From positions 3,348,001 to 3,412,000 of the forward strand of contig NC_043023.1 in NCBI RefSeq assembly GCF_006345805.1: 64,000 nt of DNA, read 5' to 3'. A program made the position numbers and the translations under genes. Shown here piece by piece: positions 36,925 to 49,746 of this stretch. The notes under the pieces are model-generated. The model searched no databases, was not told where the DNA came from, and worked only from the letters and a program-made list of their open reading frames with translations. Position 1 is the stretch's first letter. The number at the start of each line of letters is the position of its first letter. This DNA is from Octopus sinensis. Lineage: Eukaryota.

Positions 36925-37496
36925 AGTGGCTCACAGTACCAGGCAGTGGCTCTCATGGCTTCTGATCTTAACTGATTGCAAGTGTTATCATGTACATTGT
37001 TTTGTCTTGGTATAAAAGATGGGCTACAGCAAATATTCTGCTCAATACCACAGATTTGCTTGTCAGTTGTTTGACCTTAACCAGTTGAGCATGTCCCTTT
37101 GTGGCTGACGATATGTGCATCTCTGATCAGGAGCAGAAGTAGTGGGGGAGCATCATAGCCATGTGTTGAGAGGGATTCTTTGGGGTTTGAATAGTTCACC
37201 TCTGGAAACATGGGTGGTTCTTTCAACATCCTTAAACAACCCTAATTCAGGGACCGTTTGAGCGGGATGGGCTACTCAACCTGAAGAAAATTCTAACTGG
37301 GCCCCACCTGCAAGGTCATGTGCTGTTTATCTTGATATGAGATCACCATGTCGCGCACATATGGTTGTGATGCATGTGCCTGGTGTACCCTTATCAGACG
37401 GGTAGTCATGATGGGTATATTGGGCTTCGTATATTTTACCCCAGTGTCACTTTGATGGCATGTACTGCTCTCTCACTCAATAATAATAATAATAAT
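36925..37496 (+). mobile_element. Non-coding retroposon 3' end with (AAT)n tail, inserted in a (TAA)n microsatellite
   Basis: About 550 bp of non-simple sequence between a long (TAA/AAT)n tract at 36640-36925 and an (AAT)n tail. No ORF, family unassigned. Confidence 0.45.
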
Positions 37497-37730
37497 GAAA
37501 TTATTGTATACAATGCTCAGGTGCACCACAACTTGTCAAAAGTGCGTATAAAGCATATGCAGTAATGTACAAATGTCTGGGAAGTGAACAGTGTATGAGT
37601 CAGATACATGCTTGCGTGTGTATGGAGGGGAGAAAATCAGGTGTAGTGTTGGCGAATCTCAGGAAGCATGGAAGGTTTGAAGGATGCAGTGCTCTGACAA
37701 CTAACAACTGATGCCGGCATTAATATATTC
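37490..37730 (-). mobile_element. CR1-type LINE 3' end, same family as 2075-2228
   Basis: Minus strand starts TGCCGGCATCAGTTGTTAGTTGT, identical to 2205-2227, continues as ...SCQSTASFK and ends in (ATT)n. Confidence 0.75.
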
Positions 37731-37767
37731 GACCTATTAACTATTACATCTAATTAAGCAAATTAAT

Positions 37768-38192
37768 GGATCTTTTCGGTTTGAACGGCAGTTTTTTAAC
37801 ATAATTTCTAGGTAACTAAACACTTTTAAACTTCGTATACTGGTAGAATGTGTTTATAAAACATCTTTTTCTCTTGGCTTTATTGAGAAAATTCTATGGT
37901 TTGTAAGATATTTGTTGTTTTTTTCTCTCCAATTTCTGGAATTTCAACCAATCACTGATGTCTATTGAGGTAAAAAACATTCTGTGCCATATGAAAATGT
38001 CCCTCGTTTAAGAAACAGATTGGGTTTATTTACATTTGTGAAGAAAAAAGATACCCTAACCCTAACTAACCCCAACTAACCCTAACCCTAAAACAGATTG
38101 AAATGCAATAGATCGATACTAGGGTCATAATTATGGGTGACAATTTCATATGACACCGCTAGGAAAAACTGCTGTTCAAACCGAAAAGAACC
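37768..38192 (+). mobile_element. Complete MITE, ~29-bp TIRs (GGATCTTTTCGGTTTGAACGGCAGTTTTT), 8-bp TSD
   Basis: TSD AAATTAAT at 37760-37767 and 38193-38200. Internal CCCTAA repeats. GG termini with an 8-bp TSD suggest MULE or Merlin, unresolved. Confidence 0.85.
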
Positions 38193-38244
38193 AAATTAAT
38201 TTCTGACACATGAAAACGCGCGTGTGTGTATTCTTTTATTTGTT

Positions 38245-38800
38245 TTTGTTATTTGACTGTGGCCATGCTGGAGCACCACCTTTCGTTGAACAAATCGACC
38301 CCAGGACTTACTCTTTGTAAGCCCAATACTTATTCTATCAGTCTCTTTTCTCTTTTACTTGTTTCAGTCATTTGACTGTGGCCATGCTGGAGCACCACCT
38401 TTAGTCAAGCAAATCTACCCCAGGACTTATTCTTTGTAAGCCCAGTACTTATTCTATCAGTCTCTTTTCTCTTTTACTTGTTTCAGTCATTTGACTGCAG
38501 CCATGCTGGAGCACCACCTTTAGTCAAGCAAATCTACCCAAGGACTTATTCTTTGTAAGCCCAGTACTTATTCTATCAGTCTCTTTTCTCTTTTACTTGT
38601 TTCAGTCATTTGACTGCAGCCATGCTGGAGCACCACCTTTAGTCAAGCAAATCTACCCCAGGACTTATTCTTTGTAAGCCTAGTACTTATTCTATCAGTG
38701 ACTTTTTCTGAGCCGCTAAGTTATGGGGACGTAAACACACCACCATCGGTTGTCAAGCGATGGCGATGGCGATGGGGGGGGGGGACAAACACAGACACAC
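38245..38800 (-). repeat. SINE family A with its 3' part reiterated as ~119-bp tandem units (4 copies)
   Basis: TCTCTTTTCTCTTTTACTTGTTTCAGTC recurs at 38342, 38461 and 38580. The SINE head continues at 39120-39306. Confidence 0.85.
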
Positions 38801-38802
38801 AT

Positions 38803-39118
38803 GGAGGAGACCCCCTTCAGTCATGACTGACCATGGGATTGCACCTAGAAAGTTACCCTCCCAGGCACAAGTCCAGGCAAGATTGTTTATGGAAGACCAG
38901 CAGTCGCCCATGCATACCAGCCTCCCCTCTCCACACCACTGATGTTATCCAAGGGAAAGGCAAAGGGGCCGATACAGCTTGGCACCTGCTGAGTGAACTG
39001 GAGCAACGTGAAATAAAGTGTCTTGCTCAAGAACACAACACACAGCCTGGTCTGGAATTCGAACTCACAACCTCACGATTGTAAGTTCGAGGCTCTAACC
39101 ACTGAGCTATGCACCCTC
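38803..39118 (-). mobile_element. tRNA-derived SINE with CORE/V-like central domain, nested in a family A SINE
   Basis: Minus strand reads GGTGCATAGCTCAGTGGTTAGAG...GAGTTCGAATTCC, then GTGTTCTTGAGCAAGACACTT. Confidence 0.7.
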
Positions 39119-40342
39119 CAGACACACATAAACATATATGTATACGATGGGCTTCTTTCAGTTTCCCCCTACCAAATCCACTCACAAGGATTTGGTTGGC
39201 CCAAGGTTATAGTAGAAGACACTTGCCCAAAGTACCATGCAGTGGGACTGAACCCGGAACCATGTGGTTAGGAAGCGAGCTTCTTACCACACAGCCATGC
39301 CTACGCCTATATATATATATATATATATAAATTAATCAAAGTATACAGAATTATATATCTATTTTGGTTGATCTTATGAATCAGTTTTGCACTACAGATT
39401 CAACAGGATATTAGATAACTGCCAAATAATGTAACCTGGACTCTTCAGAGGAGACTACAAGGTTACATAATTGGGCTGTTACCTAACACTCCATTGAAAC
39501 CAGTTAGGAAGATTGACAAATATATGCAAATTTATGTGTGCATATCTTTTCTGAATTATAGATTCTTAGATGGTGTGTGTGTGTGTGTGTATACAATGGG
39601 TGTCCACTTGTGAAAAAGAAAGACCATCATTGACCATCGCACATGCAAAATGCCAGTAATGCCCATGCATGAGGTTACTGCATCAGTAGTTGGCTTCAGC
39701 TTTCATACTCACCGCAGTGTCCTCCTACTCGACAGGACATCAGATAATTACTATTTCTAAATCTCACAATGTGAGATATTCAGCAACAGTACTTTGGAGT
39801 AAAGGTTGTTTGCCAACATAACATGGCAGTCCTTGCTTAGGATGAATGTTGCTGTAATTTAGCCCCAGGAGACATCGTCTCCAGCTGGCTATACGTCATC
39901 ATCATCATCATTTAACCTCTGCTTTCCATGCTGGCATGGGTTGGACGATTTGACTGAGGACTGGCAAACCAGATGGTTGCACCAGGGTCCAGTCTTGATT
40001 TGGCAGCGTTTCTACAGCTGGATGCCCTTCCTAATGCCAACCACTCCGACAGTGTAGTGGGTGTTTTTATGTGCCACCAGCATGGGGACAGTCAGGTGGT
40101 ACTGGCAACGATCTCGCTCGAATCTTTTACACATGCCACCGGCACAGGTGCCAGTAAGGCGATGCTGGTAACTGTCACGCTCGGATGGTGTTTTTTATGT
40201 GCCACCAGCATGGAGGCCAAATAGCCGCTCTGGCAACGATCATGCTTGGATGGTGCTCTTAACACCCAACTAGCACGGGGCTTGAGTGTCTTACATTTTT
40301 TGAACAAGGGAATTTAGTACCCCAACTCAGCTCAAAACAATA

Positions 40343-40387
40343 TCTGTGCATCGTGATTTTCAGGTTATTTCTCTTCATCAGCACAGA
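40343..40387 (-). ncRNA. Degenerate type I hammerhead motif (unit 1)
   Basis: TCTGTG CTGATGA AGA-GAAATAA-CCT GAAA ATCACGAT G CACAGA. Helix I is 6 bp. Helix II has a mismatch and position 17 is G. Confidence 0.45.
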
Positions 40388-40695
40388 ATAATTGTTTGGC
40401 TAGAGGTGGCACTGCCAAATTCCTGTTCGAAATATATAACTTTCAAAGTAACAACTAGTCACTGATTTATAAATTAGAAAATTACTATTTTTAAATCTCA
40501 CAATGAGAGATATTCAGCAACAGTACTTTGGAGTAAAGGTTGCTTGCCAACATAACATGGCAGTCCTGGTTTAGGATGGATGTTGCTGTAATTTAGCCCC
40601 AAGAGACATCATCTCCAGCTGGCTGTACGACTCAATCTGTATCCTTATATTTCCAAACAAGGGAATCTAGCACCCCCACTCAGCTCAAAACAATA

Positions 40696-40740
40696 TCTGT
40701 GTATCACAATTTCCAGGTTATTTCCCTTCATCAGCACAGA
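40696..40740 (-). ncRNA. Type I hammerhead motif (unit 2)
   Basis: TCTGTG CTGATGA AGG-GAAATAA-CCT G GAA ATTGTGAT A CACAGA. Helix I is 6 bp with a possible CAAT(T)A/TATTG extension, helix II is 3 bp, and there is one extra G before GAA. Confidence 0.55.
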
Positions 40741-41061
40741 ATAATTGTTCGGCTAGAGGTGGTGCTGCCAAATTCCCATTCGAAATATGCAGCTTTCAAA
40801 GTAACAACTAGTCAATGATTTATAAAATATTGCCTGGCCAGTGATTGTGGAATCTAAAATTTTATATCCAATAAAGGCCTGCACAGCACCTCCCAGGCCC
40901 TCTCCACCTAACTAACATAATCCTGATCATGATCAAGGGCAAGACATCCAGTGCCAATATAGGTTGCAGGTTCAGGAATGTGGGAGTGCTATGATCCCAA
41001 GCACAAGTAAAAGAATCCCAGATTATTTAATACCATTCCCAACCAACTAGGTGAGCAGCCA

Positions 41062-44000
41062 ACCAACTGACTGACTGACTGACCAACCGACCAACCAACC
41101 AACCAACCAACCAACCAACCAACCAATCAACCAACCAACCAACCAACCAATCAACCAACCAACCAACCAACCAGCTGACCAATCAGCCAGTCAAAAAGTT
41201 GACCAACCCACTGACCGACTAGCCTACCAGCCAACCAACCAACCAACCAACCAACCAACCAACCAACCAACCAACCAATCAACCAACCAACCAACCAACC
41301 AACCAACCAACCAACCAACCAACCAACCAACCAACCAACCAACCAACCAATCAACCAACCAACCAACCAACCAATCAACCAACCAACCAAACCAACCAAC
41401 CAACCAGCTGACCAATCAGCCAGTCAAAAAGTTGACCAACCCACTGACCGACTAGCCTACCAGCCAACCAACCAACCAACCAACCAACCAACCAACCAAC
41501 CAACCAACCAACCAATCAACCAACCAACCAACCAACCAACCAATCAACCAACCAACCAACCAACCAACCAACCAACCAGCCAGCCAGCCAACCAATCAGC
41601 CAGCCAGTCAACCAACCAACCTGCCAGTCAACCAACTAACCAACCCACCAGCCAGTTGACCAGAAAACCCACCAACCAACCAACCAACCAACCAACCAAC
41701 CAACCAACCAATCAACCAGCCAGCCAACCAATCAGCCAGCCAGCCAACCAATCAGCCAGCCAGTCAACCAACCAACCTGCCAGTCAACCAACTAACCAAC
41801 CCACCAACCAGTTGACCAGAAAACCCACCAACCAACCAACCAACCAACCAACCAACCAACCAACCAACCAATCAACCAGCCAGCCAACCAATCAGCCAGC
41901 CAGCCAACCAATCAGCCAGCCAGTCAACCAACCAACCTGCCAGTCAACCAACTAACCAACCACCAACCAGTTGACCAGAAAACCCACCAACCACCAACCA
42001 ACCAACCACCAACCAACCAACAACCAACCACCAACCAACCAATCAACCAGCCAGCCAACCAATCAGCCAGCCAGCCAACCAATCAGCCAGCCAGTCAATT
42101 GACCAACCTGCCAGTCAACCAACTAACCAACCCACCAACCAGTTGACCAGAAAACCCACCAACCAACCCACCAACCAACCAACCAACCAACCAACCAACC
42201 AACCAACCACCAATCAACCAGCCAGCCAACCAATCAGCCAGCCAGCCAACCAATCAGCCAGCCAGTCAACCAACCAACCTGCCAGTCAACCAACTAACCA
42301 ACCCACCAACCAGTTGACCAGAAAACCCACCAACCAACCAACCAACCAACCAACCAACCAACCAACCAATCAACCAGCCAGCCAACCAATCAGCCAGCCA
42401 GCCAACCAATCAGCCAGCCAGTCAATTGACCAACCTGCCAGTCAACCAACTAACCAACCCCACCAACCAGTTGACCAGAAAACCCACCAACCAACCAACC
42501 AACCAACCAACCAGCCAGCCAACCAATCAGCCAGCCAGCCAACCAATCAGCCAGCCAGTCAACAACCAACCTGCCAGTCAACCAACCAACCTGCCAGTCA
42601 ACCAACTAACCAACCCACCAACCAGTGACCAGAAAACCCACCAACCAACAACCAACCAACCAACCAACCAACCAACCAACCAACCAACCAACCAGCCAGC
42701 AACCAATCAGCCAGCCAGCCAACCAATCAGCCAGCCAGTCATTGACCAACCTGCCAGTCAACCAACTAACCAACCACAACCAGTTGACCAGAAAACCAAC
42801 CAACCACCAACCAACCAACCAAACCAACCAACCAACCACAACCAACCAACCAACCAACCAATCAACCAGCCAGCCAACCAATCAGCCAGCCAGCCAACCA
42901 ATCAGCCAGCCAGTCAATTGACCAACCTGCCAGTCAACCAACTAACCAACCCACCAACCAGTTGACCAGAAAACCCACCAACCAACCAACCAACCAACCA
43001 ACCAATCAACCAGCCAGCCAACCAATCAGCCAGCCAGCCAACCAATCAGCCAGCCAGTCAATTGACCAACCTGCCAGTCAACCAACTAACCAACCCACCA
43101 ACCAGTTGACCAGAAAACCCACCAACCAACCAACCAACCAATCAACCAGCCAGCCAACCAATCAGCCAGCCAGCCAACCAATCAGCCAGCCAGTCAATTG
43201 ACCAACCTGCCAGTCAACCAACTAACCAACCCACCAACCAGTTGACCAGAAAACCCACCAACCAACCAACCAACCAACCAACCAACCAACCAACCAATCA
43301 ACCAGCCAGCCAACCAATCAGCCAGCCAGCCAACCAATCAGCCAGCCAGTCAATTGACCAACCTGCCAGTCAACCAAGTAACCAACCCACCAACCAGTTG
43401 ACCAGAAAACCCACCCACCAACCAACCAACCAACCAACCAACCAACCAACCAACCAACCAACCAGCCAGCCAACCAATCAGCCAGCCAGCCAACCAATCA
43501 GCCAGCCAGTCAATTGACCAACCTGCCAGTCAACCAACTAACCAACCAGTTGACCAGAAAACCCACCAACCAACCAACCAACCAACCAACCAACCAACCA
43601 ACCAACCAACCAACCAATCAACCAGCCAGCCAACCAATCAGCCAGCCAGCCAACCAATCAGCCAGCCAGTCAATTGACCAACCTGCCAGTCAACCAACTA
43701 ACCAACCCACCAACCAGTTGACCAGAAAACCCACCAACCAACCAACCAACCAACCAACCAACCAACCAACCAACCAACCAACCAGCCAGCCAACCAATCA
43801 GCCAGCCAGCCAACCAATCAGCCAGCCAGTCAATTGACCAACCTGCCAGTCAACCAACTAACCAACCCACCAACCAGTTGACCAGAAAACCCACCAACCA
43901 ACCAACCAACCAACCAACCAACCAACCAACCAACCAACAACCAACCAATCAACCAGCCAGCCAACCAATCAGCCAGCCAGCCAACCAATCAGCCAGCCAG

Positions 44001-44475
44001 TCAATTGACCAACCTGCCAGTCAACCAACTAACCAACCCACCAACCAGTTGACCAGAAAACCCACCCACCAACCACCAACCAACCAACCAACCAACCAAC
44101 CAACCAACCAACCAGCCAGCCACCAATCAGCCAGCCAGCCAACCAATCAGCCAGCCAGTCAATTGACCAACCTGCCAGTCAACCAACTAACCAACCCACC
44201 AACCAGTTGACCAGAAAACCCACCAACCAACCAACCAACCAACCAACCAACCAACCAACCAACCAACCAGCCAGCCAACCAATCAGCCAGCCAGCCAACC
44301 AATCAGCCAGCCAGTCAATTGATCAACCTGCCAGTCAACCAACTAACCAACCCACCAACCAGTTGACCAGAAAACCCACCAACCAACCAACCAACCAACC
44401 AACCAACCAACCAATAAACCAACCAACCAACCACCAACCAACCACCCAACCAGCCAGCCAGCCTGCCAGCCAACC
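41062..44475. repeat. (ACCA)n-derived higher-order satellite, about 18 units of ~140-170 bp
   Basis: The marker GTTGACCAGAAAACCC recurs at roughly 150-bp spacing between variable (ACCA)n runs and fixed AACCAATCAGCCAGCCAG blocks. Confidence 0.9.
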
Positions 44476-45685
44476 AAGGAAAACCGTGTTTTTGTCTATC
44501 AATCCTGCTGTCATCTCAATAATCATGTCTTTCTTGAAACGTTAGTTGCCATGGTTACTGAAAGCCTGCTCATCAGAGGGAAAAGAAATAGGATTGTTTT
44601 GAGACAGTGTGTGTGTGTGCATGTGTGTGTTTGTATGTGTGTATATATGTGTGTGTGTGTGTGGCATGTTTGTTTGTCTGTGCTTGTGTGTCACGTGTTT
44701 GTGTGCACGTGGGTTGCGCATGTTTGGGTGTGTGTGTGTGTGCATGTCTGAGTATTGTGACGTGTTCGTGTGTGTGTGTGTTAATGTGTGTGTGAGTGTG
44801 TTTGTGTATGGTGTATTCGTATCTGTGTGTGTGTGTATGTGTGCATGCGTGTGTTTGTGCATGTGTGTGTGTGTGTGTGTGATATTTGTGTGTGAGTGTC
44901 TGTGAAATTCATGTGTGTGTGTATGTGTATATATGTGCATGTGTGTGTGTGTGTGTGTGAGTGTCTGTGAAATTCATGTGTGTGTGTATGTGTATATATG
45001 TGCATGTGTGTGTGTGTGTGTGTGTGAGTGTCTGTGAAATTCATGTGTGTGTGTGTATGGGCATGTGTATATATATATATATGTGCATGTGTGTGTGTGT
45101 GTGTGAGTGTCTGTGATATTCATGTGTGTGTGTATGTGTATATATGTGCATGTGTGTGTGTGTGTGTGTGTGAGTGTCTGTGATATTCATGTGTGTGTGT
45201 GTATGGGCATGTGTATATATATATATATGTGTGTGTGTGTATGCATGTGCGTTCTGTTCATGGCTGTGTGTGTATAGCCTGTGTGTGAGTAGGTGAGGGT
45301 GTATGGAATGTGTTTACACATGTGTGTGTATTTTTAGACACACATGCATTCACACAAGTACACACAAACATATATGTGCAAACATACACAAACATACATA
45401 TATACCCATGCAGACACATATACACACAGACGTCCACAAAACACATACACAGATACACACAAATTCACACGTACACATAAACACATACACATACAAAAAC
45501 ACACATACACTCATATATACACTTACACTGCCCAACCACATGACTCTGGGTTCAGTCCCACTGCGTGACACCTTCTATTGTAGCCACAGGCTGACCTATG
45601 TTTTGTGAGTAGATTTGGTAAAATGGAAACTGAAAGAAGCCCATGATACACACACTCACATATACACATGCATATATATGTATAT

Positions 45686-46064
45686 GGAGTGGCTGCGTGG
45701 TAAGAAGCTTGCTTACTAACCACATGGTTCCAGGTTCAGTCCCACTGCGTGGTACCTTGGGCAAGTGTCTTCTAGTATAGCCTCGGGCCAACCAAAGCCT
45801 TGTGTGAGTGGATTTGGTAGACGGAAACTGAGAGAAGCCCGTCGTATATATGTGTGTGTGTGTGTCTGTGTTTGTCTCCTCCAACATTACTTGACAACCG
45901 ATGTTGGTGTGTTTACGTCCCTGTAACTTAGCAGTTTGGCAAAAGACACAAATAGAATAAGTACTAGGCTTACAAAGAATAAGTCTTGGGGTCGATTTGC
46001 TCAGCTAAAGGTGGTGCTCCAGCATGGCCACAGTCAAATGACTGAAACAAGTAAAAGAATAAGA
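45686..46064 (+). mobile_element. tRNA-derived SINE family A, preceded by a partial copy at ~45530-45650
   Basis: GGAGTGGCTGCGTGGTAAG head to GAAACAAGTAAAAGAATAAGAG tail. Confidence 0.85.
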
Positions 46065-46093
46065 GAGTATATATATATGTGTGTGTATGTATG

Positions 46094-46130
<37 letters not shown>

Positions 46131-46209
46131 ATATATGTATATATATATACATACATATATATATGTAATATATATATGTATATACATACATATATATATA
46201 TGTGTATAT

Positions 46210-46251
<42 letters not shown>

Positions 46252-46503
46252 AACATATATATATATATATAAATACACACATACACATATATAGATACAT
46301 TTATACATGTATGCACACGTACACACATACACTCATACATATATACACATATACATATAGACACACATACATGCCAACACGCATACATAAATACATGCAT
46401 TGCATGCATATGTATATACACACACATTCCTATTTTGAGGGATTTGAAGATAACGAGATGCTAATGGAGTTTTAAGCCCAAAATAATGGATATTTGTGTT
46501 TAC

Positions 46504-46537
<34 letters not shown>

Positions 46538-47372
46538 AAGTGCAACAGTGTGTGATGGTGTGTGTATGTGTATATCTGTGTGGGTATAAGTTTGTGTGCC
46601 TGTGTATATATGTGTGAGAGAGAGTGTGTGTGTGAGAGAGAGAGAGAGAGAGAAAAGGAAGAGAGAAAGAGAGAGACACAGAAAGAGATACAGAGAGAAA
46701 AGGAGAGAGAGAGACAGAGATACAGAGAGAGAAGCAGAAAGAAAAAGACAGAGAGAGACAGAGAGAGACAGACAGAGAGAAAGATAGAGAGAGGGGGAGA
46801 CAGACAGAGAGAAAGAGAGACAGAGCGAGATAGAGAGAAAGAGAGAGAGGGAGAGACAGAAAAGGAAGAGAGAGACACACACAGAAAGACATGGAGAAAA
46901 GAGAGAGAGAGAGAGAGAGAGAGGCAGAAAGAAGAAAATAGAGAGAGAAGACAGACAGAGAGAAAGATAGAGAGAGGGAGAGACAGACAGAGAGAGAAAG
47001 AGAGAGAGGGAGAGAGACAGAGTGAGATAGAGAGAAAGAGAAAGAGAGAGAGAGAGGGAGAGAGAGAGAGAGAGAGAAGTCTCTTGCCTTGCTTGGAAAC
47101 AGGTAAGGGCTGGCAACCACAAAACTGGGAAATCAGAGTGTAAGGAAGGCATTGGCCCCTCTTTACCCATGCCCCACCTAAAAAAGAAGCGGGGGGAGTG
47201 GGGGGGTTGTAATTTTCGATATCTCAAATGTGCACACCTGAAGGTATTATTGGTTTTAGTGAACGAGATAATCTCAAACTCTAATCTTTAAGAACACTCA
47301 TAACTATATCAGTCTGTCAATCTCTCTCTCTCACTATCTATCTATCTATCTCTCTATCTCTCTCTCTCTCTA

Positions 47373-47423
<51 letters not shown>

Positions 47424-47532
47424 CTCTCTCTCTATCTACCTGTCAATCTATTTCTCTCTCTCTCTATCTATCTATCTATCGATCTATCCATATCTATCTA
47501 TCTATCCGTCTGTCTATCTATCCGTCTGTCTG

Positions 47533-47652
<120 letters not shown>

Positions 47653-47665
47653 CCTACCTACCTAC

Positions 47666-47721
<56 letters not shown>

Positions 47722-48111
47722 ATAATCACCTACCTATCTATCGATCTATCCATATCTATCTATCTATATAACCACATACCTATCTATCGATCTATCTATC
47801 TATTTTTTAGTATTTTATTTTGTCTGCACACCTTATCTTTGAATATTTTTATTATTTCTATTTTTATATACTTTATGTTATAATTATTATATCTAAATTA
47901 CATTAACACACACAAATAACTAAACACACTTTTATCTACTTAGTCTGCTGGAATATCTCAACCGAACTACACGGAGCTTCCTAAAAGTCCTTTCCCCCTG
48001 ATGATATTTTGCTCAAAATCTTCAAAATGCAAACGTATTTTATTCTTTATGTTTGTAATTTGTACGGAGTGTAAATTGAAACAATTGTAGGCAATGCTAT
48101 TACTACTATTT

Positions 48112-48495
48112 AGAAGGCGCAATGGCCCAGTGGTTAGGGCAGCAAACTCGCGGTCATAGGATCGCGGTTTCGATTCCCAGACCGGGCGTTGTGAGTGTTT
48201 ATTGAGCGAAAACACCTAAAGCTCCACGAAGCTCCGGCAGGAGATGGTGGTGATCCCTGCTGTACTCTTTCACCACAACTTTCTCTCACTCTTACTTCCT
48301 GTTTCTGTTGTACCTGTATTTCAAAGGGCCGGCCTTGTCACTCTCTGTGTCACGCTGAATATCCCCGAGAACTACGTTAAGGGTACACGTGTCTGTGGAG
48401 TGCTCAGCCACTTACACGTTAATTTCATGAGCAGGCTGTTCCGTTGATTCGGATCAACCGGAACCCTCGTCGTCGTAACCGACGGAGTGCTTCAG
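48112..48495 (+). mobile_element. tRNA-derived SINE family C with 10-bp TSD
   Basis: A and B boxes in the head. ACTACTATTT at 48102-48111 and 48496-48505. Confidence 0.85.
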
Positions 48496-49746
48496 ACTAC
48501 TATTTACTATCTTACTTGTTTCAGACATTTGACTGTGGCCATGCTGGAGCACAGCCTTTAGTCGAGCCCCAGGACTTATTCTTTGTATAGATAGATAGAT
48601 ATGGATAGATCGATAGATAGGTAGGTGGTTATATAGATAGATAGATAGATAGAAAGATAGAGATAGATAGATAGGTAGACAGACAGACAGACAGACAGAC
48701 AGATAGATAGATAGAGAGATAGATAGATAGATAGAGAGATATATATATAGATAGACAGATAGATAGATAGACAGATAGATAAACAGATAGATAGATAGAT
48801 AGCCACATAGACAGACAGACAGACAGACAGACAGATAGATAGATAGAAAGACAGATCGATAGATAGATATGGATAGATCGATAGATAGATAGATAGATAG
48901 AGATAGATAGATAGATAGAGATAGATAGATAGATAGATAGAGAGAGAGATAGTAAAACGAAACGTAGTAAAAATAATTCTCTACTAAACTAGGTTTGATA
49001 TTTCTTTCGTTTTTATACCCGTAATTACTTCAAAGTATATTTAGAAACAGACAGACTGTTTATCATCGAACTAAATGAAATGTGTAGGTATGATTATCTC
49101 TCATTAATGTGATTTATAATTTTTTTTTTTTAAGGTGTGGGGGAAGAATAAAAATACGAAACTAGAACAAGGAATTAGTCAACTGCAAATACAATTTGAT
49201 GACAGAAAGTTGAGAAAAAGAGAATCGGAACAGGGTGGAACGAAACATACAGACGTTTCCGTATACACACAGCTAGAAGCATACATTTATATGTGTAATA
49301 TCATTTCTGAAATTTTCATTTAAAATATATAACAAACATATTATTCCCAATGTATTGCAAGGCTAAAAAATTTATATAAAATATAAAAACATGGAAATTC
49401 TTTATATCTGTGACAGATTCTATCTTTTGGGGGTTTTTTGTCTACGTTTCGTTTTATTTTCTGTGTCGGATTTATATTATTCCTGATGCCAAACTGCTGT
49501 CGAGTCGCACCTTGCTTGTAATTAAAGATATTTCACATTTAGCATTGATTTATCAGAACAGGTAAGACATAATAACATATTACCTTAGTAAAAAGCAGTG
49601 AATACGGATAATTAAAAGCTCCAGGCAGAAGTGCAAATTGTTAATGTTGATAAGTCCGAGATCGCTATTAAACCTTTATTGTCCGTCACTAATTGTCTGA
49701 TACCAGTAATTAAACTATAACCTAAGTAAATAAGTTTATTCTAGAC

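Larger units (their letters stand above)
39746..40833 (-). repeat. Tandem dimer of a ~353-bp unit carrying a hammerhead motif; first unit interrupted by an RTE 3' UTR (39896-40283)
   Basis: AATTACTATTT.TAAATCTCACAATG begins at 39746 and 40481. CAAGGGAAT.TAG...GTAACAACTAGTCA occurs twice. Confidence 0.85.

Noticed and set aside
38054-38090. CCCTAA repeats suggesting an interstitial telomere
   Set aside because: Only a few units, internal to a MITE and present in the 52260 copy as well.
41656-44545. QPTN/LVGW-repeat ORFs resembling mucins or membrane proteins
   Set aside because: They are products of the ACCA satellite. Frames shift with repeat length and there are no splice or start signals.
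48112-48185. tRNA-like sequences (also 39045-39118 and the SINE heads)
   Set aside because: They have A and B boxes but no complete cloverleaf, and they run into SINE bodies with tails or TSDs.
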